A DNA stretch of 64,000 bases from Dicyema japonicum (taxonomy: Eukaryota > Animalia > Dicyemida): assembly GCA_011109175.1 (NCBI GenBank), contig RDEW01000004.1:1415067-1479066 (forward strand), written 5' to 3'. Each line of letters opens with the position of its first letter. Positions within the stretch are counted from its first letter, which is position 1. Positions 26,053-39,950 of this stretch are shown in pieces. Under the pieces are notes generated by a model that worked only from the letters and a program-made list of their open reading frames with translations, did not search any database and was not told where the DNA came from. The position numbers and the translations under genes are program-made.

Positions 26053-29000
26053 ATGAAGAAATTCTTTAAAAAATTTGCCAACAAACAATTTGATGAGGAT
26101 AACTCTACTTTGCCACCATTTGAACTTGACCGAGTATTAATGTTCATTTTTCTTTACTAGTCCATCGAAATTGGATACCCTCCTGATATTTGTGCATACT
26201 CATACGATCCTCTACTAAAACTATTTGCGCTTGCAACTGAAAACGGAATCTTACGCCTGTTAGTAGATAATTTGTAATAATTTAGTTATGGACACGAGTC
26301 ATTTCAGTTATCATGTTCAATACCACTTGGATGCAATTGGATTGGTTTCATTGCTGGAAAAGTTTTATTTATTGTAAGTTTATAGGGCAAAATAGCAGTA
26401 ATAAACCAGAATGTTGATATTTTAATTTATAAGATTACAGCCACTAAATTACAGCTTCTAAGCGAAAATTTATCATTTTTGTACTTCTTTTGATTTAATT
26501 AAACCAGCAACAATTCAATAATAACAGCGTTTAGCATTTCGACCAATTTTCAATTATGGATCGCCTTTGAAGACCAATCTAATGTTCATATGCAGATAAT
26601 AGAGATCGAGAATATGTGTATCCTGCCAAGTGTCAGTTATCGTGAACACATTTTTCCGAAGTTATAATTCAATAAATATTTTTGTAGTTTAAAGGATTTT
26701 AAATTTTATCCTATGAGTATAGAAGCAATAGTGGAGTCTCCCACGCTACTAGATTCTTTTTTGATTGGATTTAGAAGGGGCTTAGTGATTTATTGGAATT
26801 CTTCAAAACGTGAAGTCATACAAAGCTTTATTTTGCAAAATGTTGTTATAATTTACTTAATTTGAGGAAATTGAAAGCCTTTGTTGGAATTTCGACGGTT
26901 CTGTATTTCTTTGTGGTCAGGCAGATGGTACGATAACAAAACAGAATGTTCTAAATGCCGATGAATCATGCCAATGTATATATTACCTGTATTAAATAAT
27001 AGTAAAACTTTCTCAGAAATCCTACAATAATCCAATAAGCAACATTTGTTGGTTGAATGACGAGAAAAGTCATTGATCATTTTTACCGGTGGAGAGCCAG
27101 CAATGTACTTTCTGGAAAACACAATCACGATATATGATGAGGTAAAAAAGATAAAGTTGTGATAAACTCTACATCTAAAATTATCAATTTATTTTTGGTT
27201 TCTGATGGTTTTATTGACTTTATTATTTAGAAAAGTGTAAAATTAATTGTTTGATTGTGATCGCCTTGGAAGAAATGTTTGCAGTTGACCTTGAAAACTT
27301 TAAAAATATGAAAATCCCATATTTGCATTGTATTCATTCATCAGAAATAACTACATACAGTGTGTATGAGCAACTTCCTGTTGATTATTTTTCCCATATA
27401 AAACAAATTTTATCGTCATTTAAAAGCGAAAATTATTCTTCAAAGGTAGACTGTTGTGGTTTTGATGTCTAATGTAGAAATGGCCTATAAATGGATACCA
27501 AATAAAATTTTCAGAAAATAATTCATTTGGTGATCTAATAATAGTGGGGTATTGCTTTTAAATTCAACTTCTTAGCCATGAAGACGGATCAATTAAATTT
27601 TGGTCTTTAATTGAGAAAACTGTTGAATTTTTGGGGTTTATTTCAACGACAAACTGTTTTGAGACTTCTCTACGAAATTTAGAGTCAAATGAAAATGAAT
27701 TTAAAAGATTAAATGTTTTTGCATAAATTATCATATTTTAGTCGAGTTTTTATGATCCCTATTCTGACGATTCAAGGCTGGCAATTGTTAAATTAGCATT
27801 TCTTCCCGAACTGATGATTTTAGCAGCTGGTGGTGCTGCTGGACAAGTCTTTATCATAGAATTGAATAATTTAGAAAATTCAAAGGTATATGAAGACTTT
27901 CAAACATTTTAGTTTTCTAAACAGTTTAATGCTGTGACTTTTAATATATTGTTTGAAGATAGTATTTTTAAATGGCGGGGACATCAACCATTAAAAATAA
28001 AGGAAAATAGCAACAATTTAGAACACTTTGTTTCTAAAATATACCAAGTATTTCCCCCTGGTTCGGTGACCACCTTGTCCTTAAAAATAGACGACGAGCT
28101 TGGAATGTTAAGAATCATTTTATTAATAGATTGGGGCTCGGAACATTGCAGGGATTTTTGGTAGTTAATATTAATACTGATCAGTCCTTAAATATACACT
28201 CCACTCTAAATATTCATGGTTTTATGGTATTTTAACATTTCAGAGATGCACAAATCTTCATCATATAAAAGACATCTTAGTATGTGTAAATCAGTTAGAG
28301 AGTCGCTAAAAAAGTTTAGATTAACTTTGAAAGTGAATCCTAATAATATAAAAAAGTAAATATTTCAATATTTTGAGTATTTCTTCGCAAAACTCGAAAT
28401 AAAGTTTTACAATCATTGCCAGAGTGTCAATTAGAAATGGCGGAAAAATCGACTAAGAAAAAGGAAAAACGTAAAATCTACGTAACATTCATTTATTTTT
28501 CCGAATATCGTCTGATTCTTCAAGGTTCATTTAGATTAAATTATCAAAGATCCGATGAAGAAGCAGATTACTTAACATTTGGGTTGGAACGAGTAGGGGG
28601 AAAATATACATCTATCAAATTGGAGATGAAATTAGCTCAAATTCCGTCATTTTATGTAATTATTGGTTTAATTTTAAAGGGAAAACGATCCAGTTACGAC
28701 ATATATCTCCAATTCTGGAAATAGCTGTAATTCCCATAGAAAAGTTATGCGATGTTACTGCTGGACTTGATTCTAAATTTTGTGTATACATTTGCTCTTC
28801 ACAGCAGATTAGGGTGATTGTTTAAACTAATTTAGCTATTTTCTTGGCCAAAATTAAAACTTTTGACAAAAAAGAGATTTTAGCCATTGAAGGTGCCAAA
28901 TACAAAATTCAACTCAACTGATTACTAAAGTATCCAAGTAACTTTGATAGTTCAGATAATCGTCAATTCTTTGGTTTAGTGAGTTTAACGGGAAACTTAT

Positions 29001-29151
29001 GTCTATTCTGGTATAAATCTCAGTAAAGTTTACAAATTTGAATGCATCAATCGAATATATTGTATGTTATAGTTTAATTCATAGAGGACTCCATTATTGT
29101 TCAATGTTCAAGTTTGGAGTAATAGTTTTCCTTGAATCTTCTCATTTATGA
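26053..29151 (+). CDS. lgl: Lethal(2) giant larvae family polarity protein (WD40), multi-exon, with at least 2 apparent 1-nt deletions
   Basis: EIGYPPDICAYSYDPLLKLFALATENG, WPING, GHEDGSIKFW, FYDPYSDDSRLAIVKL..AGGAAGQVFIIEL, WRGHQPL and the KSVRESLKK phospho-loop-like segment. Frame breaks occur at 27065-27068 and 28868-28883. Confidence 0.88.
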
Positions 29152-29981
29152 AATATTTTCGCTTAAAAATTAATAAATAAATGTAAGTAGATTCAATCTT
29201 GATATATTATTTTAACGTTTTTAAAGTTTTTATTGTTATTTTTATTTTATAAAGTTTGAAGGCTGAGAAGTTGGTAGGCCATCCTTCCTAAGGACGTAGA
29301 GGGTGAAGTTCAAACGGTTCTCTTTAGTGCATAACTTGCACCGGGCGCCACCACAACAACAGGTGAACGCATGCCGCAGCGCTATATATAAGCACAGCCA
29401 TAATACAAATACATAATGAATTAGAACCCGAACCATCTTGATTTTGTACGGTTTTTATGAAACTGTGTCATTGTCAGCATAGAGGTAGAAAAAATAGTCA
29501 GTTATCAATTCTTGAATGTTAGCCCACAACTTTGGAATAGAAAATAATAGTGCTTTTGTTAAGGAGTATTAATGTTTTAATACTAAAACGCCACTTAGAC
29601 AGAACACACATTTTATTTAATAGGGAAAGGAACAGTTATGCTACTTAACCGTAATAAAGTTTTTTATTGTTACACACTTTATTGATGTAATTTTTGTACT
29701 TAATTTTTAACCTTAAAAAGGGAAAACCTAGAAAGAGGAAGATAAATCAACTAATTAAGTGATCTCATAATGCTCAAGGCGCGCGCAAAGTTTTATCAGT
29801 GCTCCTCCAAAGTTCTCACTGCTTTTTTTTACCCAGAACGCTCCTCTTTCAGCAGAAGGCGTTGGTTTCTTTCGGTGTAAAATTTTGTATGATTTAGTTT
29901 TATTTAAAATGATTTATCATATAAAATTATTTATTATTAAATTAAAAAAATGTTTAAAAAATTATCTAACACACTTACTTC

Positions 29982-32157
29982 ATGTCGGGTATCATAATGT
30001 GGGTTTTTAAACTAATAGATAAATTGTTTGGAATTAACTTAAATTGCGAAAACGAATTTTGTAGAAAATTATACAGAATTTTTGAATACAAAGTATTTTT
30101 ATTAACTTTTTATTGATTCCTATATTTACTAACGCCTCTTGTATGGGATTTGGAAAATGAGATCTACAATATTAATGACATCGAAATGTCGAAAAATGAT
30201 TTATTCAATAGTTTTTTGCTTTTAATTTTTAAGATTGGCAAGAGAAAGTCTGCATTAATAAAAATGTGAGCGAAATTTGCAATATCGAAGATCTTCACGA
30301 TTTTGAGTATAATCAAAGAATTTTTATTAATCATTTTTCGTATTGTGAATATTTGGGCGTTAAAATGATTTATCTGTCAGGCCTATCGGAAAGTTTTTCG
30401 ATAAATTTTATTCAAACAATTTTATCGGCACTAGATTTTTTTAACGGAACAGTAACTTTAATTTCTTTATTTCAGATATGCTTGGAGTTGGGTGGATTGG
30501 AATCTAGTTGGTGGAACTGCTGGAACAAAATAAGGACCTATTGTCGCTATCATCCACGCCTTGTGCTTTCCTTAGTAATTCCATTGATCTTCCTGATTTT
30601 TGTGAAATCCAAAGATGGTTCGGAGAACCAATAAAATATATAATTTTCCGACCAGAAGTGTTTATAACGCATGACTCTGGGAGATCCGTTTTATCTAAAG
30701 CACATTGCCAACTTTTGATGTCATTTTTGAAAGTTTTTGAAATGGTATTTATTCTAGCTGCAATGCGATGTAATTCTGAGTGGTTCTGAAAATAATGAAA
30801 GGTCACGTCAGATTCAGCATTATTTGAAGTATGTGAAGATGAAAGGGGAGGAGAAAACATCACTCTTTGATGAATTTTCAGCAAATTTCATAAATGTACT
30901 GCAATATCCGATGCAGGTATTCATATTATTCGTAAAAATAGCCATTGCAATCAAATTTAGATTCTGAAGCTTACAAGGTTTTTGAACTTGACAGTTTGAA
31001 ATATGAAAAATACAGACAAGTTCAAGTTTTATAATAACACAAAGGCGGTCTACACAGCTTTGCTGGATTTGGTCTCATTTGAAGAAAAATACGATCGAGT
31101 TGTGTAAGTTTTTTGTTTTAAAGATATCTAGTAACATTTTTGTTGTTGGTGCTGGAAGAGGTCCGTTAGTTACAGCTTCTTTAATGGCTGGAAAATCCGC
31201 CGATAGAAAAATAAAAGTTTACGCTGTTGAGAAAAATCCTAATGCCGTTTCAGCGTGAGTATTTAAGTTATTTTAGATTACGATATTTGAATCAATTCGA
31301 ATGGAATTCACAAGTAGAAATAGTTCCTGTTGATGTCCGTAAATGGACGTTTCCAGTCAAGGCTGATATTATTTTAAGTGAGTTACTCGGTTCATTTGGC
31401 GATAATGAACTGTCACCAGAGTGTTTGTGCGGTTTAGAACATTATTTATCAGGTTTAGTAAATTTATTTCATTTTTAGAAAATGGGGTAATGATTCCTCA
31501 GTCATATACCTCATATCTCACGCCAATAATGTCACATAAATTTCATTCAGATTTGTTGCAGAATTCTGATAAGGTTTTTTTTTATTTTTCATATTTAATC
31601 TGTTAAATTTTTAATTATTAATCAATTGAATATTTTATCCAAAAAAATTTAAATTTTAGAATGTCTTCCACATGATGTATGTGGTAAGAATGATTAACTT
31701 ATATTGTATTGATAGTCCACAGGCAGTATGGAAGTTTGAGCATCCGGCTCAAACACGTTTTGATCTTTATCAAGTTTAGCTTTGACGTCACGAATGAATT
31801 CATTGACTTTTGATGTTCGTTATTCAGCAGTTCTTCATGGGTTTCAATGTAATTTTGCAGCAAATTTATACAAAGATGTGGATTTAAGTATTTTAAATTT
31901 TAATTTTAAAGGCATTGTCCTGAAACTTATACGTCAGGACTCTATAGTTGGTTTTCTGGTTTATTTCCTTTGGAGGTTCATAGCTGTTTTCAATTTAATA
32001 GACTCCAGTTGAAGTTAAATCGGGACAAAAAATAAAATTGACAATGTGGAGGAAGATAACAGATATAAAAGTCTGGTATGAATGGTTGCTAAATGAACCT
32101 ACAAACTCGGCTATTCATAATCGTAATGGTTTTGCTGATTCAATGAGTCTGATTTGA
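29982..32157 (+). CDS. PRMT5: Protein arginine N-methyltransferase 5, multi-exon, with 2 apparent 1-nt deletions
   Basis: [49 protein letters not shown] and [12 protein letters not shown]. Frame breaks occur at 30579-30580 and 31919-31920. Confidence 0.96.
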
Positions 32158-32314
32158 TTTACTAAATTTTACGTTATTTGTTAATAAAGGTTTTTTTAAT
32201 AATAATGTACTTTTGTTGAGTGGCTGACTCCCCTCTCTAGTAATGTCCTTCTCTTAGATGGGGGAAACTGGTAGAAAGGGTAGTAGAGAGCACGGCACAA
32301 TCGAAGCCCTAATT

Positions 32315-34022
32315 CAGTGGTTCCCAACCTTTTTGAGAATACGGAACCCTATCGACATTTTTCATTTTAAACTGAACCCTTTAATAGTTTTTAACAATTA
32401 TCAGTATTTTACTAATATAAAAAATAAAATACTAGTTAGTGAGATGGTTGAGGCTGATGTCTTTTTCATAGCTCTGTAATATTTGGCCTTGACAGGGATA
32501 AACGTAGGTCTTCTTCCACATACAGTAGGTTCGCGCGTTTTTATGCTTTATATTTGTTAATGCAGAAAATCTACTTTCACAGAGATAAGTCGTTGAAAAC
32601 TTGACCAAGACTCTTAAAGTTTTGTTTGTCAGAATAGGATATTTTTTTTTACAATCAGCCAAAAAAATCAATATCAAGCTGTAAATATTCCATTTTTAAC
32701 GTTCTGTAACTTGAAACAAACGCAAGTTTTTCTCTTTTAATGATAGCTCGTTTCCTGTTATTTCGTACTCAGCAAAAGGAGTTCAACTGATATGGGTGGA
32801 AAATAACTATTCGTACATGTAAATAGTGACTCCAAATGGTCTACAATTTTGTTGAACAATTTCTTTAAAATTTCTTTCTTGCACATGAGGGAACATTTCT
32901 AAGATTCCATTTGTGATGTCATTTCCATATTTGTAGTTTTTTTCAGAAAAGCAGCTATTTTGTCAGCGCAACACAATAGATTTTCATTTTTTTGCATGCT
33001 GCTATTGAGAACATTGAGTTCATTAAAAATATCGGTCAGGTATGCTAATTTGCAACACCAACATTCATCTTTGAGACATTCAATAAAGTCATCCAACTTG
33101 TCTTATATACCCACAATTCGTGTCTCTTAGTTCATAGAAACGAATTAACATGTTTCCCTTTGAGAGCATTTCCTGAATGTTCTGCATTTTTACAAAGTTT
33201 CGAGAACTGTCGCAATTTCAACGATTTTGATGTAATTAATTATTTTTACAATCATGTCCTAAGCACATTTAAGTTCATGCCCGATAGTTTTTGCGATCAA
33301 TGTCTTACGATGAAAAAAACAATGCGTGTGAATAATGTTCGGATTCTTATTTTTCGCAATGGAAACAAACCCTTTAAATTGCCCAGTCATTGCTGGAGCA
33401 CCATCAGTGCAGATACCCACATATACATTCCAATCCAACTTTATATCCTCAAAAAAATGAATTTATAAGATTGAAAATGTCATATCCCTTTGTTGTTCCG
33501 AGCAACTCTCTGAGCAAAAAAATTTTCAACAATGGATTCATCTAAAACAAAGAGTTGCATTTTCCCTGTAATATCTGAGATTTCATCCACTTGAAGCGCA
33601 AAAAACATAGATTTTTTATTCGCTGAACCAAAGTGGTTTCAAGTTCATCAGATATATCCTTGATGCGTTTGCTCACAAATTATTAGAAATAGGAATTAAG
33701 TCAAGCTCAGCGGCAACAATTTCTCCGAACATTATCTTCACTACTTTGCATGCAGGCAAAATAACAGTTTCGGAGAGAGTATGCGATTTCATATTTTTAG
33801 CGGTAATCTCAGCAACAGCAGTGCTTTTTCGTTTATTTTGATTTTTTTGTAAAATGAGATGCTTTAACTTTATTCTTTTCTGTAAAATGTATTAACTTTG
33901 AAAAATAATTAAAAAAAAATTTGTAAAATGGGATGTTTTAACTATTGAAAAAAAATTAATAAAATTTTGAAACTTCGCGGAACCCCTAGATTATTTCGCG
34001 GAACCCAGGTTGGGAACCTCTG
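32315..34022 (-). mobile_element. hAT (Buster/Charlie, ZBED5/SCAND3-like) DNA transposon with decayed transposase
   Basis: TIRs CAGTGGTTCCCAACCT and AGGTTGGGAACCTCTG; 8-bp TSD CCCTAATT/CCCTAATA; KLAYLTDIFNELNVLN and FSTTYLCESRFSAL. It is inserted into an RTE 3' tail. Confidence 0.92.
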
Positions 34023-34109
34023 CCCTAATATTTCATTATGTGAAAAGCAGAAATGTTGGAACAAACTTAACTAACTAATGCATTTTAATTTTTTTTAATC
34101 ATTTAACAA

Positions 34110-34500
34110 AGAAACAAATGTTAACTAGACACCTGCGTAGGGCCTGTCGCGAACTTTCTGCTGATTCGTCAGTCCGCATTGGTTGTGCACGTGTCCTCAA
34201 TTCGGTTAACTGACTGCTATGCTGTTCTGCTGATTATTGCATTTGTAATTTTCGTTTTGCCGGTTGTATCCACCACGACTTTTACCTAAAATAAAACATA
34301 ATTAATGTATCTTACATTCTCTAAATTTTGCCCTGCTCATAGCATCGTAGAGTTGTCCATGTTGAAACACAGGTCTTTCCAAAAGTAACAATACCTTGTT
34401 CATGGTCTGTCTGGGCTTTGTGTATAGTAACAGCGAAACATATCTTTGCTGGAAATTGAGTTCTTTCAATCGGTATGTTATCTTCCTCTTAAAACATTTT
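34110..34500 (-). mobile_element. Helitron PIF1-like helicase C-terminal remnant
   Basis: Across frames: IERTQFPAKICFAVTIHKAQ..LERPVFQHGQLYDAMSRAK. It ends in CTAG|T near 34124. Confidence 0.7.
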
Positions 34501-34774
34501 AATTCTTGGAATCATTACTACCTCGCCTTTAAATTTTATCGCGAGTTATGGTGCCACATAAAAAAACATTGAGCTCTAATTAGTATAGACACTTGACAGC
34601 ATGATATTGATCGATATTTTCAGAAACTCAAATTCTTTATATCTGGTTCACTCACTTTTTCGACAATGTTTTTATTTGCTCAAAACTTTTTTTTAATTAA
34701 AATCCGTCCATTTATCCGCGAGTTATGATGCCACAAACATACATACGACATTGAGCTTTAATAAGAATATAGAT

Positions 34775-34960
34775 TGAGGAGTATGGCCATTCCAATCTTT
34801 TGTCTCAGCCAGAATCTTTCTTGTTGATCCCTTTTTTCTGGCAATCATTTCTCCGAGTTCGCGTAGGGACTCAGCCGTCATTGGACCAACGGCTCCTGAT
34901 GACTCGACCGCAATAGGAGTAAATCGGTACCGGTCATTTTAGTTGAAAAAGAATTTAGCA
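34775..34960 (-). mobile_element. CRE-like LINE 3' fragment
   Basis: DRYRFTPIAVESSGAVGPMTAE..; close to the copy at 56300-56460. Confidence 0.75.
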
Positions 34961-35049
34961 TCGCTATTTGAATATGTGCTGAAACGGAATATTTATTTAT
35001 ATTGACTTAAGAAACATATGGTACAACTTTAGTAGTAGTGGCTGGCTCG

Positions 35050-36975
35050 ACGGAATGAGACCTGGTTATCTGAAAGATCTAACCTCTTTGACGTAGGAGA
35101 CAAAGACTTCGTCATACGAATTCAATTACATCACTTATGAACCTGATCCTGTCTGGAGTTTTCGAAGTTATCCGTCATGTCCTGTTCTCCGCCAATTTGA
35201 TAGCCTTCGATAATAAGGCGGCGGAGTACGATCGTTTACAATCGGGTTTGTCTTCAGAAGACTCGCTGCGAAAATTGCCTCCAAAAATTCTATTCTTGAA
35301 CCCTCCTCAAGTAAGCGTCGGTATTCACTTTGGATGCGAGGCAGCTAAAAATTTAGTGAGGACAGTTCTAAACCGCAGTATAGAAAATTCCCGGGACATG
35401 TCCTGGTCAAACTGGACGTCAAGAACACCTTCAATAGTCTAAGAAGGGACAATATCCTGGAGGCGTGTATTGAGAAATGTATTGAGATATTTTCGAATTT
35501 GTGAATAAGTCATACAGCCTACCTTCATCCTTACTTTTCTGGGACTACCTAATCCATCCGTATTCAGGTGTACAAAATAGAGAGATCCTTTTGGACCCTT
35601 ATTGTTTTGTCTTGCAATAGAGAAAATCACCAAGCTTCCGGCTCGCAGGTCAACCTATTGTATCTGGATGATGCGGTCCTCGGAGAACCCCAGATACTGT
35701 TTCCGGGATTTGGAAGTGATAATTCCAGCACTGTTGGAAGTTGGATATTCCTCGGATCCCTAATCACCATAAATGCAATGGGAAGAGCTATACGTGAAAG
35801 CGACTGTTACTCGGAGAGACTCTGGACCGCTTGTGTCTACTTGACATGCATACGTAATTATTCCTTCTGAAAGACGATCTGAAAGTACAGAGGCTTGCAT
35901 ACTGAGGACTGCTGCCTATTTCACCCAGTGTGACTAACTCGAACAGCTTAACGGGATCTTCCATACGACAGCGGAGCGTATCTTCAACGTTCGGTTCGAG
36001 GATTACTCATGGAAGCAAGCCACGCTGACAGTGAGACTTGGAGGGCTTGGGATTCGTAACCCGTTAGACCTTTCTGTCCCCGCTAATGGCCTGTAACACC
36101 TTTGTCAAGAGGACGCAAGCCCCTCACTGAATTCTCTATTGACATGGACGCCGCCCATGCTTGTGAGGCCTGTAGCCGTACTTATCAGCTTTCCCTGCCT
36201 TCCTCGTTCTCTCAGCGGAGTCTGGACGATGCTATATGCTGGAATTCTTTCGAAGATTTGCTAGTGTCTTCTAGCCACATTGCCGAGCTTGATTGTTGTC
36301 GGAGGCGTCTTCCAAGAGCGGTGCCTGGCTCAACGCTATTACCAATAGAGTTTTGGGTACTTTCCTGGATGATGAATGGGTCCATATTGGGATCTCATTA
36401 CGACTGGGATTAAAAGTCTGTGTTCTACATCCGTGCCGTTGCGGAAACCAGTTTGGCCTACACCCTCTCTCCTGAAAGAGTGCAGGTGATATCCTGGACA
36501 TATGGTCAGACATATGGTCTTGAACGAAGTGGTTAGGCGAGCTATGGACGCCGCCGAACACTTCTCCATGCTCGAATTAGTCGGTCTTGGCAGGCGAGAG
36601 AGGAAACTACTAGATGGGATGACAATCTTCCCTTTTGAAGCCGGGAAACCTCTTGGCCTTGTCTTGGACATCACCTGCCCCTGACACGTTTGCCTCTTGC
36701 AACCCACTCCAGAGTGCCTTTGGGGCCTGTTCTGCCGCTGAGAAGGCCGAGAAGTTGAAACGGCAAAAGTACGTGGTCCTACCCAAGGATTTTTTGTTTG
36801 TTCCACTCCCCGTTGAGACGTCTGGTTCCTTTGCGTCTGTGACGTGGAATTCTTGAATCGTCTAGGGAATCAGATAGCTACACGATCAGGAGACTCTTGT
36901 GAGCGCTGCTGGTTATTTGAGCGAATATCGCTCACCATCCTGAGAGGGAATAGCCACGCAGGGCAGCCGCTATTT
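35050..36975 (+). mobile_element. CRE-like non-LTR retrotransposon (RT plus C-terminal restriction-like endonuclease), disrupted
   Basis: LFSANLIAFD..FRRLAAKIA, QVSVGIHFGCEAA, LYLDDAVLG, CRCG zinc motif and DGMTIFPFEAGKPL..VETSG..LRGNSHA. Confidence 0.85.
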
Positions 36976-39950
36976 ATTTATTATATATTTATTAACCCCG
37001 AGATCACCGAGAAAGAAAGACAAAGTTAAGTCAACTAGTTAGGTGATCCCAGTTCCCACAACCAAACGTGTCATCCTAAGCCTGTGCGTCTCCATTGATC
37101 CCACTGTCGAACGGAAATGCCTTCTTTGATCCTTGCAGAGGAAGCCGATTGGAGAAGAAAATTTCATAGCCAACCGATTTTCTTTAACGTGGAACAGTGA
37201 GAGGCTTAGTGGGTGTCCATCTTCCTCGCAACTGCGTAGACAGTCGCTATTTATTTTTTTAACTCCAAGACCACCAAGAAAGATAGGTCAAAACTAACTA
37301 ATTGGGTGATCCCAGCCTCCAATAACATCAGAACTCACTTCATCTGGTCTTCTGATGACCCATCTGCATTCCGGAAACGCCTTCTCTTCCTTCTGTAAAG
37401 CGATTCAATCGGCGTGCACTTTTTTTACAAACGACCGAAATTCCTCTGCATGGGCCATTTTTTCCTTGAATGGGTTTTCCAGTTCCTTGCAGAAACGTAG
37501 GAAACCCTGGTCATTCTTTAACGTCGATGACTTGTTGGTAGACCTTGTTGACGCAAGCATCAGGGGGGAAAAGGCTTTTCTTTATGATCGCTTTTAAAAT
37601 GTTCCATTTCCGAAGACCCTTGGCAAGCACTCCTCCACGTGACTCGAGAACGTCATCAGAGAGTTGAAAACTACCCCATGGATCTTTTTGGTCCGCGTAG
37701 AAGAGATAGAAGTATCTCCAAAAAACAGTTTGAGTCCATCTTTAAATCTTTTATCAGTAGTGAATATGATGAACTGGGATTTAGATGCTGACAAACATAA
37801 CATATTTGCAGATAGCCAGTCACATATTCGGTTTAGGTGTGACTGAACAGTTGCTACACGGAAGGAGATTTATCTCTTGCAGCGATAATTAGGTCGTCCG
37901 CATATGATAAAAACATAGTGTCCTGGTCATTGGTAGTAGGTAGGTCATGTAGAAATAGGTTGAAAAGGAGAGGAAATAAAGGGGAGCCTTGCGGGACCCC
38001 ATTGGGGAGTAATCTTGATTTTGAAGTGGTTTTGTCAATCCGGACCCTTCCGCGTCGTCCAGTTAAAAAATTTTCCAGCTATAGCTTGATGTTCGGATGT
38101 AAGTTCGAATTAAAAATCTTATGCGTTAGGAGTTACCTCGTAACAGAATCAAAGGCCTTCTGTATGTCGATGGATACTAAGGCCGTCCGTAAGTGTGTTC
38201 TCATGTTGAAGCCGTCAGTAATAAACTGAGAGATAGAACCCAAATAAGTCGTTGTAGAACGGTCTGCCCTGAAACCATGTTGAAACTCTGATAGATTTAG
38301 AACAGGAGAGATGTGCATTAATACAAGCTTTTCCAGTACTTTTGATAAAACACAAGTTATTGAGATTGGGCGATTAGAAGAGGGAACGTCTTTTGGTTTT
38401 CTAGGCTTTAGAATTGGCGTAATCAGGGAGTTTTTCCACATATTAGGTAGCGTATGGTATTTGATAGAGTCGCTGTACAGACTCGATAGTATGGCCCGTG
38501 CCTGAGGTCCAAGGTGTTTGAGGTGAAAATGGTGCAAATACCGTCGGGACCAAAAGCACGAGTGGGACGTAGCAATTTAATAGCCTTTTCTACATCATCG
38601 GGGGTGAAGAAGGTGGAATATGGTTCTTGTTGTGGCCGGCGCCGTTTAACAAATGTAGAACAAGAAAGTTTTATGACTGATCGACACGTAGTACTTCATA
38701 ATTTTGTTTGCAAATTTGCGTGCAGGTTCTGAAGCGTTGCGAGTAACGGTTTTCCAAAATGTGGCACAAAAGTTTTTATGACATAGTCATCCAACTAGGC
38801 GGCTCCATTTGAGTCTGTTGTTATTTCGGATAAGCTCAGATAACTTGGTATTCAGTGAACATATAGAATAAAAGGAGTTATTGGACTGCGTTCTTTTCCT
38901 CTACAGCGCATCTCGTTTCTTGATGAGTAACACAATTTGCGATGATAATATTGGATTGAACTTCTTGTAAAAGGCGACAGGTATAAATAATTAATCAGCT
39001 TTCAAAATGATAGCAGACAGAATCTTGGCCGTCTTCTCTACTATACAATTAACTATAGTGAGGTCAAAGAGACTATTGTCCACATGCGCCCTGAAACCTT
39101 GCCAGTCAGCTTTCGAGTAATTTTTGAACTTTGTAGAGCAACACAGTGAACAAATAGGCCTTCTAAGTCTCAGCACAATGGGGTTATGGTCCCTTGAGAA
39201 ACCATAACGAACATTCCATGAAATACATCCAGCCATAGAAGGATAGCAGAGGGACAGGTCCGGGGATGTTGGACTGTCCCTTCTGCGGGACGGGGTCCTT
39301 GTGTGAGCGTCCGGGTCATTGAGGATAGTCAAATCATTAAGTAAGGAAAGGATGTACTCGCCGCGACTATCGGCTGATTGTGTCCGGAGCTAGAGTGGAT
39401 GTTTGGCATCTAGGTCTCCGCATAGTAGCAGATCCTTTAGTCCACACAGTCTCAATAGGTTGGGATGTAGGAAGTAGTGCATGATCCCTGAGGCGGGATA
39501 TATAATTACACAGTGTAAAACATCTCGTCGGAGAAAGGAAACTTCAATAGAAATCTGTTTCAGAATAAGATCCCCTTCGCAGAGAGAAGATACAGAAGGG
39601 GTGACATCCGTAAATTAAAGTCCATCCTTAACGATAGTCAATAATCCTCCTCCGAGACTTCTCGTTCGGTCCCTGCGAAGTACACAATATCCAGGAAAAC
39701 AAGGTGTTGGGGACTTTATAGAGAGCTTCAATTCTTGAATGAGGGGAATGTCCACTCTCAAATGGGATAAAAGGGATCGTAATTCCAACACTTTATTACG
39801 GATTCCATTTACATTTAATTGTAGAATAGTCAGTTGGGTCCAGGATTAGGTTCTACATCACCAGACAGAAGTAGTAAAGAGAAAACGGGGGAGTTGATAG
39901 GCCACCCTTCTGAAGATTGCAAAAAGGTAGGGAAAGTCGAAGGCAGCCGC
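36976..39950 (-). mobile_element. Ingi/Vingi-like LINE, near full length: N-terminal 2A-like peptide, APE, RT and 3' hairpin tail
   Basis: LLLLSGDVEPNPGP, then LTILQLNVNGIRNK, LCGDLDAKH, SPDLSL, DHNPI, RPISITCVLSKVLEK, FQHGFR and DIQKAFD; the 3' UTR ends GGGGTTAATAAATA. Confidence 0.9.
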
